Source: a bacterium (GTDB lineage Bacteria; Sysuimicrobiota; Sysuimicrobiia; Sysuimicrobiales; Segetimicrobiaceae). From it: a DNA stretch of 64,000 nt. The stretch is taken from contig DATGHZ010000013.1 of the NCBI GenBank assembly GCA_035307565.1, forward strand, positions 37,294 through 101,293. The letters are read 5' to 3'. Position 1 is the stretch's first letter, and every line of letters starts with the position of its first letter. Position numbers and translations under genes: made by a program. The notes beneath the pieces are model-generated. The model searched no databases. It worked only from the letters and a program-made list of their open reading frames with translations, and was not told the origin of the DNA. This document shows positions 1 through 9,530 of the stretch, one piece after another.

Positions 1-899
1 GTAATCGCGTCCGGTTCCAGGCCGTGCGCCGCGAGCAGGTCGGCGTGCGTCCCGTACACATGCAGAAACGCGTCCTGAAGCGAAAACGCATCGATCCGGC
101 AGGCCGCGCGGGTATCCCAGGCGATCTCCTTGACCCGCGACCCGAGCGTGCCGTGCGGGACGGTTTCCTCGATCACGATGACGCGGCGGTGGCCGCGCAG
201 GGCGGCGGCAACGCCGTCCGCGTCGAGCGGCTTGACGGTGTGGACGGAGACCAGTGACACGCTCGCGCCGCGCTCCTCGATCCGTGCGGCGACGTCGGCA
301 GCAAGTTTCATGATGGGACCGTAGGCCATCACGCATACGTCCCGGCCCCGGCGAAGATACCGCAGGCGCCCGAAGACAAACGGCTCCGCCGCCCCGGACG
401 TGAGGTCGGGCTCGCCCGCCTTGCCGAGCCGAAGATACACGGGACCCCGCTCCCGGCCGACGCACCACAGCGTCGCCTCGCGCGTCTCCCCCGGATCGCA
501 GGGAACGAGCACCGTCATATTCGGAATCGCCGACGCGACGGCGATGTCTTCCTGAGCGTGGTGGGTGCCGCCGAGGGTGGAGTACGTGACGCCGCCGCCG
601 ATGCCGACGACCGACACCGGCAGATCCTGGTAACAGAGATCATCGCGGACGAACTCGAAGGGGCGGAACAAGGCAAACGTCGCGATGGTATACGCGATCG
701 GCCGCAGGCCGCGCAGCGCCATGCCGGCGCACATGCCGATCATGACCTGCTCCGCGACGCCCGTGTTGATGAACCGCGCCGGAAACTCGTCGCGGAATTT
801 CTGCATCGACCCGGCGGGCGAGATATCGGCCACGACGACGACGATCCGATCGTCGCGCCGCCCCGCCTCGTAAATCGTATTGGCGAAGGTATTCCGCAC
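1..899 (-). CDS. Transketolase, C-terminal (pyrimidine-binding) subunit; the 3' end runs off the window
   Basis: Absent from the ORF track because there is no stop inside the window. My reverse translation from GTG at 899 reads VRNTFANTIYEAG...FINTGVAEQVMIGMCAGMALRG...GGTHHAQEDIAV...PNMTVLVPCDPGE...VHTVKPLD, which matches the conserved blocks of split-transketolase B subunits. An in-frame TAA lies at 936-938 upstream, and GAGGTG sits 4 nt before the GTG. Confidence 0.85.
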   Translation of the reverse strand, partial: MRNTFANTIYEAGRRDDRIVVVVADISPAGSMQKFRDEFPARFINTGVAEQVMIGMCAGMALRGLRPIAYTIATFALFRPFEFVRDDLCYQDLPVSVVGIGGGVTYSTLGGTHHAQEDIAVASAIPNMTVLVPCDPGETREATLWCVGRERGPVYLRLGKAGEPDLTSGAAEPFVFGRLRYLRRGRDVCVMAYGPIMKLAADVAARIEERGASVSLVSVHTVKPLDADGVAAALRGHRRVIVIEETVPHGTLGSRVKEIAWDTRAACRIDAFSLQDAFLHVYGTHADLLAAHGLEPDAI

Positions 900-961
900 C
901 CGCCACCTCGTCCGCCGGTGATGCCGACATTTCGGTTATGCGGAGGGCCGGCTCCTGCTCC

Positions 962-1615
962 TCACACGAACGTCCAGTAATAGTCGCCGGTGTAGCCCGC
1001 CTCCGCGAACACCCCGCGCCATCCCTCGGGATAGTCGTGGAATTTCGCGGTCAGGACCCATCCGAGAAAGAGACCGCGTTCGTCGGCCGTGCGGTACGAA
1101 TCCACCTGCACGTAGCCCCGGCCGGGGGCCACCCGCTCGATCTCCCGAAGGGCGCGGATCGCGTCCGGCCGTTCGAGGTTGTGGATCGTATTGATCGAGA
1201 TCACGGCCTGGAAACTCTCGTCCGGGAAGGGCAGGGAGACGGCGTTCCCGAGGTGCAGCCGTCCCACCACGTCGGGCTCACAGTGCTTGAGCGCGTATTC
1301 GGAGATGTCGAGGCCGAAGGCTTCGAGTCCCGGACAGACTTTCATCAGATCTTTGACGAGAAATCCCTTCGCCGCGCCGACATCCAGCACGCGGTCCCCC
1401 GGCCGCAGGCCGAAATGCCGGACCATGTCTTCGGCGACCGGTATCCAGCGACCGTCATAGCGGTATCCGCCGTACCCGTACTCCCGGGCCCCGTCAAAAT
1501 ACGCCTGGCCGTACTGGCGCGCGATCTTGATGACTTCGGGGCTTTTGGCAGCGGCGCGGGCGGCGACGTTCCGGGTCGCGGCGGGCAGTTTGCTCAACAG
1601 GTTGATCTCCCGCAC
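962..1615 (-). CDS. Class I SAM-dependent methyltransferase
   Basis: ORF 962..1693. The VLDVGAAKGFLVKDL motif (SAM-binding motif I, GxGxG-like) is followed by LDISEYAL and FQAVISINTIHNL. I trimmed the start to GTG 1615 because the upstream gene stops at 1623. Confidence 0.8.
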   Translation of the reverse strand: MREINLLSKLPAATRNVAARAAAKSPEVIKIARQYGQAYFDGAREYGYGGYRYDGRWIPVAEDMVRHFGLRPGDRVLDVGAAKGFLVKDLMKVCPGLEAFGLDISEYALKHCEPDVVGRLHLGNAVSLPFPDESFQAVISINTIHNLERPDAIRALREIERVAPGRGYVQVDSYRTADERGLFLGWVLTAKFHDYPEGWRGVFAEAGYTGDYYWTFV

Positions 1616-1622
1616 GGCCGGC

Positions 1623-2510
1623 TCAGCGCGCCGGCGCGCCGTCCGCTGTTTCCGCGCGCACGGTGCGCCGCAGCCCCTCTTCCAGCGGCACATAATGGAA
1701 GGCCGGAAAGGCCTTCACGCAGGCCGTCACGTCGAAATGCCGGTGCACGATCGGACTCTGGCGCGGCGTCCCCCGGATCACCGCGGGCCGGGAGGCGAGG
1801 CGGGCGACGAGCTCGGCGGCCCGCCGGAACGAAACTGAAGACCCGGTGGCGACGTTCAGTACGCCGCGGCTCCGGTGCGCGAGCGTCAGGCCGACGATCG
1901 ACCCGACGTCCTCGATCCAGACGTGGTCGCGCTGCTCCTCTCCCTCGCCGAAGAGCACGATCGGCTCGCCGCCGGCCGCGAGACGCCGGAAGCGGTTCGG
2001 TCCGTAGCTGTTGTGGGGATCACCGGGGCCGTACAGGAGACTGGGCCGCAGGACGGCAAGCGGTGCTTTGAGGGCGGCCGACAGCATCACCTCGCGCGCC
2101 AGATGCATGACCCCGTGCAGGCTCGACGGCTGGGCGCAGGAGGTCTCAGAGACGAGACCGTCGCCGTCGGCGTAGACCGCGTCCGAACTGATGTAGACGA
2201 CGTGGGCCACCGGTGCGGCCGCAAACGCGTCCGCCCACGCCTCCGCCATCCTGAGATTCTGCGTGACATGAGCCGCCGTGCGCGCGGGCGCCACCGCCGA
2301 GACCAAGACCACGCTGTCCGAGGGCCGCAGCAGTGCGGCGAGTGAGCGGCCGGCCCCCGCATCGAGCAGGTCGAGCTCCCGCCGGGTCACGGCGAGGGAC
2401 GGGACGCCGTCCGCGGCGAGCCGGCGCATGATGCTGCCGCCGACAAAGCCCCCCGCGCCCACAACCACGACGCGCTCCGGGCTGACCGGCGTCCGGAGAT
2501 GCTCCAGCAC
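1623..2510 (-). CDS. NAD-dependent epimerase/dehydratase (SDR family)
   Basis: C-terminal 295 aa of ORF 1623..2942. Contains the VVVVGAGGFVGGSI Rossmann motif and YISSDAVY...HGVMHLAREV (a YxxxK-like region). GTG 2510 overlaps the upstream TAG by 1 nt. The longer N-terminal extension is Arg/Gly-rich junk that overlaps the dehydrogenase gene. Confidence 0.8.
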   Translation of the reverse strand: MLEHLRTPVSPERVVVVGAGGFVGGSIMRRLAADGVPSLAVTRRELDLLDAGAGRSLAALLRPSDSVVLVSAVAPARTAAHVTQNLRMAEAWADAFAAAPVAHVVYISSDAVYADGDGLVSETSCAQPSSLHGVMHLAREVMLSAALKAPLAVLRPSLLYGPGDPHNSYGPNRFRRLAAGGEPIVLFGEGEEQRDHVWIEDVGSIVGLTLAHRSRGVLNVATGSSVSFRRAAELVARLASRPAVIRGTPRQSPIVHRHFDVTACVKAFPAFHYVPLEEGLRRTVRAETADGAPAR

Positions 2511-3805
2511 TAGGGGCGCCGCTCCGCCGCCGGGGCGGGCGGCGCGCCGAGTGTGGAGTACTCCAACCCCGCCGCCGCGGCGGCCCCGGGGTCCAGCACC
2601 CCGTACGGATCCAGCACCGTACGCCCCGCCATGACCGCCGCAAGCGCGGGCGCGGACAGGTCGCGAAACTCCGGCCACGGCGTCATGATCGCGACGGCGT
2701 CGGCGCCCGCGGCCGCGGCCAGTGCGGAAGGCGCCGCGACCGCCCGCGGGTGCTCCACCTCGGCCGCCGGCACCACGGGGTCGTACACGCGCACACGCCA
2801 CGGCGTGAGATGGCGAAGCAGGGCGAGCGCCGGCGAGTTCTTGGTGGACCGGGTGTTCTGTTTGTACGCGAGCCCGAGGATGCCGATGACGGCGTCGGGG
2901 CGGGCCGCGAGGACGCCGGCGTGCAGCATGCGGAGCGCCCAATCACTGCGCCGCTCGCTGCTTCGCAGCATCGCGCGGATCGGGGCGGCCTCGGCGCCGG
3001 CGGCCCCGGCCAGTCCCAGCACCGTGGCGAGGTCTCGCTCGATGTTGCCGCCCGACAGCCCCAGTCCGGGCACCACGTAGGCGTCCGGGCCGATCCGCCG
3101 GTCAAGACGCAGCGCCGGTACGATTTCCTGCCAGTCCGCGCCGATGCGCTCACTCAGTTCGGCAAGCATGTTGGTCACCGTAACTGAGGCGGCCAAATAA
3201 CAATTGATCGCGATCTTGGCGAGCTCGGCGCTTTCGTACCGGACCTGCACAATCGGGCAGCCGAACTCCCGCAGGAACAGCGCGTACGGCTCCGGGAGCG
3301 CGCTGCGGGGCTCCGCCATGCCAACGATGAACCGTTCCGGCCGGGTCGCGCGTTCCACGGCCCGGCCGAACACGAGGGTCTCGACCTGACAAAACAGCCG
3401 GTCGGACGCAAACGGGACCGCACGCGTAAACCCCGGCGGCACCTGCGAGAGTACGACGAGCGCACGGACGGCCGGCGCGGCCGCGATGACGGCGGCGATC
3501 AGCCCGGCAATCTCTCGCAGATCGCTGGCGCCGGTGCCGTCGGTCGGCACGTCGGCGGCGATATAGATGATGTCACAGCGAGCCAGGGCCGCCGCATCCC
3601 GGCTCCACGCGAGGCGGGCACCGTGGGCGTCGAGCAGCGCCTCGAGGCCGGGCTCCGCGACCGGCAGGCGGCCGCCGGCGATGGCATCCACCCTGCCGGC
3701 GTCCGGATCCCATCCGACGACCGGCGCCCCGGTCGAGGCCGCCGCCGCGGCGGAGACCAGCCCGAGGTGGGTGAGGCCCGCAAAGCCGACGGCCGGGGGC
3801 CTCAC
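2510..3805 (-). CDS. Nucleotide-sugar (UDP-glucose/GDP-mannose family) dehydrogenase
   Basis: ORF 2510..3805, 431 aa. Has an N-terminal VGFAGLTHLGLVSA Rossmann motif, a central helical domain and a C-terminal GLAYKQNTRSTKNSPA motif typical of UDPG_MGDP dehydrogenases. Its GTG start forms a GTGA overlap with the upstream stop. Confidence 0.85.
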   Translation of the reverse strand: MRPPAVGFAGLTHLGLVSAAAAASTGAPVVGWDPDAGRVDAIAGGRLPVAEPGLEALLDAHGARLAWSRDAAALARCDIIYIAADVPTDGTGASDLREIAGLIAAVIAAAPAVRALVVLSQVPPGFTRAVPFASDRLFCQVETLVFGRAVERATRPERFIVGMAEPRSALPEPYALFLREFGCPIVQVRYESAELAKIAINCYLAASVTVTNMLAELSERIGADWQEIVPALRLDRRIGPDAYVVPGLGLSGGNIERDLATVLGLAGAAGAEAAPIRAMLRSSERRSDWALRMLHAGVLAARPDAVIGILGLAYKQNTRSTKNSPALALLRHLTPWRVRVYDPVVPAAEVEHPRAVAAPSALAAAAGADAVAIMTPWPEFRDLSAPALAAVMAGRTVLDPYGVLDPGAAAAAGLEYSTLGAPPAPAAERRP

Positions 3806-4728
3806 GACGGCACCGCCTGTGCGATGCTCCGTCCCAGTTCCAGCAACATCTCGTTGAGGAGCACGTCATTCCACAGATTGCCGCCGCCCCGCCGGCAGAG
3901 GGTCTTGAAGTACTCGTACTCCTCCGCCCAGGTCGGATCCGGACCGGCGACTTCCGTGGTTGCTTCCTCGGGGCGGCCGCTCGGAAACCGCCGGGTACGC
4001 ACGGTAAACGTCGAGGGGCCCCACTTGCACAGGCCCCGGATGTGGGCGCTGCCGCGCTCGCCGTAGACGTCGGCGGAGAACTCATTGCGCCAGCTGATGA
4101 GCGACGCCTCCATCTGCAGCGTGGGGGTCCCGGCGGCGCCGAAGACGGCGTGGTCGATCGCCCGGTTCTCGAAACGGCTGGCCGACCACAGGACGAACGG
4201 ACGCGGGAGCATTTCGAACCAGTACAGCGCCATGTCGAGGAGGTGCGAGCCGAGATCCGCCAGCACACCCAGACCGCGGTCGCGCCAGGAGGACGCGCGA
4301 ACGTCCCGCGCGGTGCCGTTCCCGTAGAAGAGACGGCAGCAATAAAGACGGCCGAGCGCGCCGGATGCAACGGTCTCGCGCATGCGCTTCACATGCGGTT
4401 CGAACCGGTGATTGTACGCGGTGTAGCAGGCCGCGCCCGATGCGGCGGCCAGCCGCGACAGTTCGTCCAACGCGCGCGAGTCCGCCGCGACGAGCGGTTT
4501 CTCCACCAGCACGTGTTTTCCGTGGCCGAGCAGGTACCGCAGTAATTCGAATTTCGCATCGTCCGGCGCACAGACGAGCGCCGCATCGTACGTTGGCAGC
4601 GGCACGTCGGCCACGGCGCGATACTGGGCGCCGGCGGCGACCGGATCGGCCGTTGCGGCGACGTCACCGCCGGCCGCGGCCAGCCGCTTGCGTCCCTGCA
4701 CGCCGAGCCCGGCGACGAGCACCTTCAC
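3802..4728 (-). CDS. Gfo/Idh/MocA family oxidoreductase (WbpB-like position next to the dehydrogenase)
   Basis: ORF 3802..4782. VKVLVAGLGVQGRKR...HVLVEKPL...YNHRFEP are the family's hallmark motifs. GTG 4728 forms a GTGA overlap with the upstream stop at 4725-4727. Confidence 0.85.
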   Translation of the reverse strand: MKVLVAGLGVQGRKRLAAAGGDVAATADPVAAGAQYRAVADVPLPTYDAALVCAPDDAKFELLRYLLGHGKHVLVEKPLVAADSRALDELSRLAAASGAACYTAYNHRFEPHVKRMRETVASGALGRLYCCRLFYGNGTARDVRASSWRDRGLGVLADLGSHLLDMALYWFEMLPRPFVLWSASRFENRAIDHAVFGAAGTPTLQMEASLISWRNEFSADVYGERGSAHIRGLCKWGPSTFTVRTRRFPSGRPEEATTEVAGPDPTWAEEYEYFKTLCRRGGGNLWNDVLLNEMLLELGRSIAQAVPS

Positions 4729-6302
4729 CGCGACGCAGCCTCGGAACCGTGCCGTTCGTATCGGACGCGCCGCTCCATCCATTCGGTCTTGCGGCCGACG
4801 TCGAGCGGCTTGATCGGAACGTTGCCCTGCACTTCACATTCCAGGGCGGCGGCGAAGTTGCCGAGGATCGACGCGACGACGTCGGAGCCGTCCGTAATCA
4901 TCGAGAGCGTCGCGTAGGCCAGCAGCGCGTCTCCGGCGCCGACCGCGTCGACCACACGCTCGGCGAAACTGTCGATCACGAAGAACGAGCGAAGATTCTC
5001 GGGCTCGCTGTCCCGGCACGTCAGCACGCCGCGATCGCCCAGTTTGAGGATCAGCACCCTACAGGCCGCATCCGCGTGCAGCCGCGCGGCCAGCGGCCGC
5101 ACGCCGGTGTCCTGGTCGGCCAGGGCAAACCGGGCTTCCCGCTCGTTGGGCGTGATGAGATCGAACCCCTTAAACTCCAGAATGTTGCCCCACCGGCTGG
5201 CCACCTGGCTGTCCGCGACGCGAAAGACGCCCGGCGGAATGGCGCCGATGAGGTCCGGAATTGTCCGGCGGCTGAAGATCCCGTGCCGGAAATCGCTGAA
5301 CACGACCGCGCGCGCGTCGGTCGCTTCGATCTGCCGGGCGATGGTCTCGAGCGTCCGGTCCGAGATGGTTCGATTGTCCACGGTGTCGACTTTCAGCAGC
5401 CGGTAGTCGCCGCACAGAAACGTGTTCTTGTGGGTGGTCGGGCGGGTACGGTCGGTGACCGGCTCGCACCGGACGTCGTGTTTGCGCAGTTCCGCCAAGA
5501 CGAAGTCGGCGAGCGGGTCCTCCCCGAGCACCGTCGAGAAGATCACCCGGGCGCCGGCCGCGGCCAGATGCAGCGCCACGATCGCCGCGCCGCCAACGTA
5601 ATCGATGCGGTTGTCCAGCCGCACGCTGGACGTCGGCGTCTTCAGCATCCCGCCGAGCAGCGTCGTATGCGAGAGGCTGTCCACGATCGTATCGCCCACG
5701 ACGTGGACCGGCACGCCTTCGAACTTCGAGGCGGCCTCGCGGAGCCGGTCGAAGCTGACATCCTCGGCCTCCATGAGCGTCAACAGTTTCTCGACCGACA
5801 GATCCGGCGGGCCCGTTTCGATGATCGCCGAGGACGAGTACACGATGTCGCCGGGGGTGAAGAGGATGTCGCCGCCGTACCCCTGGACGACCTCCATCTC
5901 CTCCTTGGTCTTTGGATGCACGCCGCCGTCGACGTATTCGTAGCCCTTGGCGAAGAAATCCGGCTGTAGCGCCGCGAGCGTACGCAGCGGCGTGGGGTGG
6001 CCGTCGATGATGACGTAGTCGACCATCTCCAGCGCCGCGAGGTTGAACGCCCGAAGATCCTGCGGCACGAACGGCCGGTACGGGGTCTTCGTGATGTGGG
6101 CGTCGGATGTGATGCTGACAACAAGCACGTCGGCCTTGCTCTTCGCATACAGCAGGTGGCGGATGTGCCCGGGGTGCACCAGATCGAAGACCCCGTGGCA
6201 CATCGCGACCGTCCGAGCCCGCGGCCGCGGCCCGATGAGACGAGAGAGTTCGTCGACCGTCTTGATCTTGTGGCGGTAGCCCCCGGCAAGCGTCTCTATC
6301 AT
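4725..6302 (-). CDS. Bifunctional sugar-phosphate nucleotidyltransferase (N-terminal) / PfkB carbohydrate kinase (C-terminal), HldE-like with swapped domain order
   Basis: C-terminal 525 aa of ORF 4725..7085. The N-terminal region AMCHGVFDLVHPGHIRHLLYAK carries the HxGH cytidylyltransferase-fold motif. The C-terminal region has DAVGAGDALLAYATL (PfkB signature 2) and VVGDTIVD. ATG 6302 forms an ATGA overlap with the upstream stop. Confidence 0.8.
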   Translation of the reverse strand: MIETLAGGYRHKIKTVDELSRLIGPRPRARTVAMCHGVFDLVHPGHIRHLLYAKSKADVLVVSITSDAHITKTPYRPFVPQDLRAFNLAALEMVDYVIIDGHPTPLRTLAALQPDFFAKGYEYVDGGVHPKTKEEMEVVQGYGGDILFTPGDIVYSSSAIIETGPPDLSVEKLLTLMEAEDVSFDRLREAASKFEGVPVHVVGDTIVDSLSHTTLLGGMLKTPTSSVRLDNRIDYVGGAAIVALHLAAAGARVIFSTVLGEDPLADFVLAELRKHDVRCEPVTDRTRPTTHKNTFLCGDYRLLKVDTVDNRTISDRTLETIARQIEATDARAVVFSDFRHGIFSRRTIPDLIGAIPPGVFRVADSQVASRWGNILEFKGFDLITPNEREARFALADQDTGVRPLAARLHADAACRVLILKLGDRGVLTCRDSEPENLRSFFVIDSFAERVVDAVGAGDALLAYATLSMITDGSDVVASILGNFAAALECEVQGNVPIKPLDVGRKTEWMERRVRYERHGSEAASR

Positions 6303-7333
6303 GGCCGCGTCTCCGTTCCGAGGAATTCGAACCACGACCGCGTCGCGTGCGCGATCGACTCCGGATCCCACAGCGGCGCGTCGCGCCAGTACTCGATGTC
6401 GGCCATCATGCGCGCCACGCCCTGTTCGAACGGTACGCGCGGCCGCCAGCCCAAGTCGCCGGCGATCTTCGAAATGTCGGCCCACGTGACGTCCGGTTCC
6501 CCGGGACGTTTCGGCACGTGGACCACCGGACCGCCCAACAACTCGACCAGGCGGTTGACGGACTGCGGATCTCCGCCGCCGACGTTCCAGACCCGTCCGG
6601 CGTGAGGGCTCTCCGCGGCCATGAGGAAGGCCTCCGCGACGTCGCGCACGTACACGAAGTCGCGGCGCTGGGTGCCGTCGCCGACGACCGTAAACGGCCG
6701 TCCTTCGAGCTTCTGCTTGAAGAACACGCCGAAGACCGCGCCGTACGCGCCCGTCGTCCGGACCCGCGGGCCGTACGCGTTGAAGATGCGGATCGAATTC
6801 ACCGGCAGGCGGTAGATCTTCGCCCAGTGCAGCGCCGCCTGCTCGCCGAGATGCTTCGACAGCGCGTAGGGGTGCAGAGGATTGATCGGGTGGTCCTCGC
6901 GCGTCGGCGTCGCGGCGAGACCATAGCACGACGAGGAGGCGGCGTAGACGACCTTGGAGACGCCGGCGTGCCGGGCGGCCTCGAGGACGCGCACGGTGCC
7001 CTGCACGTTGGTCTCGAGATACTCGGCGGGCCGTTCGATGGACGGCACGATGTCCCCGATTCCGGCGAAGTGAAAAACGTAGCACGCTTGCGCGAACAGC
7101 GAGCTCCCGGGCTGGAGCCGCCGCACATCCGTGTGTTCAACCTCCAGTTCGGCGCCGGGACCGTGGTGCCTGAGGTTATTCTCCCGGCCCCCGACCAGGT
7201 TGTCGATCACCCGGACGCGGAAGCCGTGTTCCAGCAGCAGATCCACCATATGGCTGCCGATGAAGCCGGCGCCGCCGGTGACCACCGCCACCGGCCTCTC
7301 CACCCCGTCCCGTCCGTTGCGGGCGCCAGTCAT
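6299..7333 (-). CDS. NAD-dependent epimerase/dehydratase (extended SDR)
   Basis: ORF 6299..7333. Contains VVTGGAGFIGSHMV, ASSSCYG and YALSKHLGE (the S...YxxxK catalytic set). Confidence 0.85.
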   Translation of the reverse strand: MTGARNGRDGVERPVAVVTGGAGFIGSHMVDLLLEHGFRVRVIDNLVGGRENNLRHHGPGAELEVEHTDVRRLQPGSSLFAQACYVFHFAGIGDIVPSIERPAEYLETNVQGTVRVLEAARHAGVSKVVYAASSSCYGLAATPTREDHPINPLHPYALSKHLGEQAALHWAKIYRLPVNSIRIFNAYGPRVRTTGAYGAVFGVFFKQKLEGRPFTVVGDGTQRRDFVYVRDVAEAFLMAAESPHAGRVWNVGGGDPQSVNRLVELLGGPVVHVPKRPGEPDVTWADISKIAGDLGWRPRVPFEQGVARMMADIEYWRDAPLWDPESIAHATRSWFEFLGTETRP

Positions 7334-8334
7334 GCGGGATCCGACGTTTGTGCCAGCGCCGCAAACGCGCGCACGGTACGGCGCAGGCCTTCTTCGAAAT
7401 CCACGAGCGGCCGGTAACCCAGCTCGAGACGCGCCGCCGTCAGATCGGCCAGGCTGTGCCGGATGTCGCCCGGGCGCGGCGCCGCGTGGACCACCCGCGG
7501 GGTACGGTCTATGACGCGGCCGAGCGCCTCGATCAGCGCGAGGACGGTAACGGCCCGCCCGCCGCTGATGTTGTACGTGTCACCGGCTCCGCGGGCGGCT
7601 TCCATCGCCAAGAAATTTGCCGCGACGACGTTGTCAACGTAGGTGAAGTCGCGCGATTGCTGGCCGTCCCCGTACACGACCACCGGGTCGCCGGCGCCGA
7701 GCGCGGCGATAAACCGCGGCACCACGGCGGCGTACGGGCTCGACGGATCGTGGCGCGGCCCGAACACGTTGAAGTAGCGCAGCGAGATCGTCGAGATGCC
7801 GTACAGCCTCGAGCAAACCGCGCAGGCGTGCTCGCCCGCCAGTTTGGACAACCCGTACGGCGAGATCGGCATCGGACGCTGCGTCTCCATGCTGGGCAGC
7901 TGCGGACTCTCGCCGTACACGGAGGACGAACTCGCGTAGATGACGCGGCGGACGCCGGCGTCCCGAGCGGCGAGGAGCAGCGTCATTGTCCCGATCGCGT
8001 TGTGCTCCAGCGCCCCGATCGGATCGGCGATCGAACGCGGAATCGAGCGCTGCGCGGCCAAGTGAAAGACGACCGACACCCCGTCGCAGGCCTCGGCACA
8101 CGCGGCCGGATCGCGAACGTCGCCCCGCACGAATTCGCAGACGTCGCTGAGCGCGGCGCGCCGGCCGGGCCCGTCGCGCGCCGGCGGAGCGATCCCGAGC
8201 GCCTCGGCCAGAGACGCGAGCCCGCCGGCGCCCACGTTGTCGAGCACGCGCACCCGGAGGCCACGACGCACGGCCGCGGCGACGAGGTGGGATCCGATGA
8301 ACCCGGCGCCGCCCGTCACCAGCACGGTCTCCAT
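7330..8334 (-). CDS. NAD-dependent epimerase/dehydratase (extended SDR, UDP-sugar 4-epimerase-like)
   Basis: ORF 7330..8361. Contains METVLVTGGAGFIGSHLV, ASSSSVYG and YGLSKLAGE. I prefer ATG 8334, which is preceded by a GGGGGG stretch, over the track's GTG 8361. Confidence 0.85.
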   Translation of the reverse strand: METVLVTGGAGFIGSHLVAAAVRRGLRVRVLDNVGAGGLASLAEALGIAPPARDGPGRRAALSDVCEFVRGDVRDPAACAEACDGVSVVFHLAAQRSIPRSIADPIGALEHNAIGTMTLLLAARDAGVRRVIYASSSSVYGESPQLPSMETQRPMPISPYGLSKLAGEHACAVCSRLYGISTISLRYFNVFGPRHDPSSPYAAVVPRFIAALGAGDPVVVYGDGQQSRDFTYVDNVVAANFLAMEAARGAGDTYNISGGRAVTVLALIEALGRVIDRTPRVVHAAPRPGDIRHSLADLTAARLELGYRPLVDFEEGLRRTVRAFAALAQTSDPA

Positions 8335-8370
8335 CGGCGGCCCCCCACGACGCTGGTTCACAGCATCCTG

Positions 8371-9525
8371 CTACGGGAGCGCGTAGAGCACGGTTTCGAT
8401 GATCCCGCCGTCGTGCTGCCGGAGAAAGAGCCGGTACCCGGACCGGATCTCCTCGACGGTCTCCGGCACACGCCACAGGTCCGACGGCCGGTGATACGTG
8501 GCGATCAGCAGCGCCGGCGCCCAGCGGCGGATCGACGCCGCCGCCCCGACGAGCGCGTCGATCTCGGCGCCCTCGATGTTCATCTTGACCACGTCGACCG
8601 GGCCTCCCTGGAGGACGTCGTCCAGCGCCGCCACGGGCACCGGCGCGCCGCCCTGATCCACCAGCCGCGCACCGCGGCTGGCGTCGCTCATAAAATGCAG
8701 CACGCCGCCCTGCCGGTGCAGTCCCATCGGGAACGCCTGCACGCGCGACTCATCCGCGAAGTTCTCGGCCAGGCGCCGGAACGTCGCCGGGTCCGGTTCG
8801 AACGCCAAGACGCGGCCGAACCGGCCGCCGGCGCGGTCGATGAACGCGCGGATCGAGTCCCCGTCGAAGGCGCCCGCGTCGACGTATACGGTCCCAGGCC
8901 CGTACGTCAGCAGACCCGCCGCGAAATAGAGGCTCTCGTCCACCACGGCCCGGAGGAGTTCCGCGTCCAGCGTGAGCCGGAAACCGAGCACCGCGTCGAG
9001 GACGGCCCGCGACCCGTCATCGTACAGGCGCGCCGCGAGGGCCGCGTAGCGCGCGCGGTGCGCGAACAAATCCTCGAGCAGTCCGGCATAGAACATGTGC
9101 GGCGGGAACCGCTCCGGCCGGAGGACCTGCAGCGCGGCGAAGGGGGCGACGTTCGCGAACCCGAGCCGCCGCGGTCCGGCCGCGGCCCGCAGGACGCGGT
9201 GCGACGCGATAACGACGGGGATCGAACGATCCAGCGCGGCGAGGCCAGCCGTGGGGACGACCGCGGCGGACGCGATCCGCATGCCCTGCTTCGCCGGGTC
9301 GTCATCGGCGACGGCGCGTACCGCGATCGCGTGCTCCTCGCATAAGGCGGCCAGGCGCCGGCCCTCCCCGGCGGCGCCGACGATAGCGAGCTCCCGGAGC
9401 CGGCCCGGCGCCAGCGTGGGATGGCGTGCCGCGAGCGCGTCCCGCATGTCCGACACGGACGCGTACCGCTGAATGGCCGGCAACCACGTCATCGTCTCGT
9501 GCGCCGTCGACGCATCGGCGTTCAT
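8371..9525 (-). CDS. FkbM-family methyltransferase with an N-terminal accessory domain
   Basis: C-terminal 384 aa of ORF 8371..10122. VYVDAGAFDGDSI...VLAFEPDP...VDVVKMNIEGAEIDAL is the FkbM (Methyltransf_21) pattern. The ATG 9525 start lies 5 nt after the upstream stop. Confidence 0.8.
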   Translation of the reverse strand: MNADASTAHETMTWLPAIQRYASVSDMRDALAARHPTLAPGRLRELAIVGAAGEGRRLAALCEEHAIAVRAVADDDPAKQGMRIASAAVVPTAGLAALDRSIPVVIASHRVLRAAAGPRRLGFANVAPFAALQVLRPERFPPHMFYAGLLEDLFAHRARYAALAARLYDDGSRAVLDAVLGFRLTLDAELLRAVVDESLYFAAGLLTYGPGTVYVDAGAFDGDSIRAFIDRAGGRFGRVLAFEPDPATFRRLAENFADESRVQAFPMGLHRQGGVLHFMSDASRGARLVDQGGAPVPVAALDDVLQGGPVDVVKMNIEGAEIDALVGAAASIRRWAPALLIATYHRPSDLWRVPETVEEIRSGYRLFLRQHDGGIIETVLYALP

Positions 9526-9530
9526 GCCGG

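Noticed and set aside
4397-4406. A GGTTCGAACC string resembling a tRNA T-arm
   Set aside because: It lies inside the Gfo/Idh/MocA CDS, encoding part of NHRFEPH. No acceptor or anticodon stems can be built around it. I found no tRNA elsewhere in the window.
4725-7085. Very long N-terminal extensions of track ORFs (4725..7085, 8371..10122, 10312..12126, 11942..13237, 44465..46774, 58409..59836, 1623..2942)
   Set aside because: The extensions are Arg/Gly/Pro-rich and overlap the well-supported upstream gene in another frame. Internal ATG/GTG starts sit exactly at 1-4 nt overlaps or short gaps after the upstream stop. I therefore trimmed them.
7348-9345. A 665-aa ORF on the + strand opposite the epimerase and FkbM genes
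   Set aside because: The translation is Arg/Gly/Pro/Asp-rich low-complexity sequence with no motifs. It lies antisense to two ORFs with clear family signatures. This is a typical shadow ORF in ~70% GC DNA.
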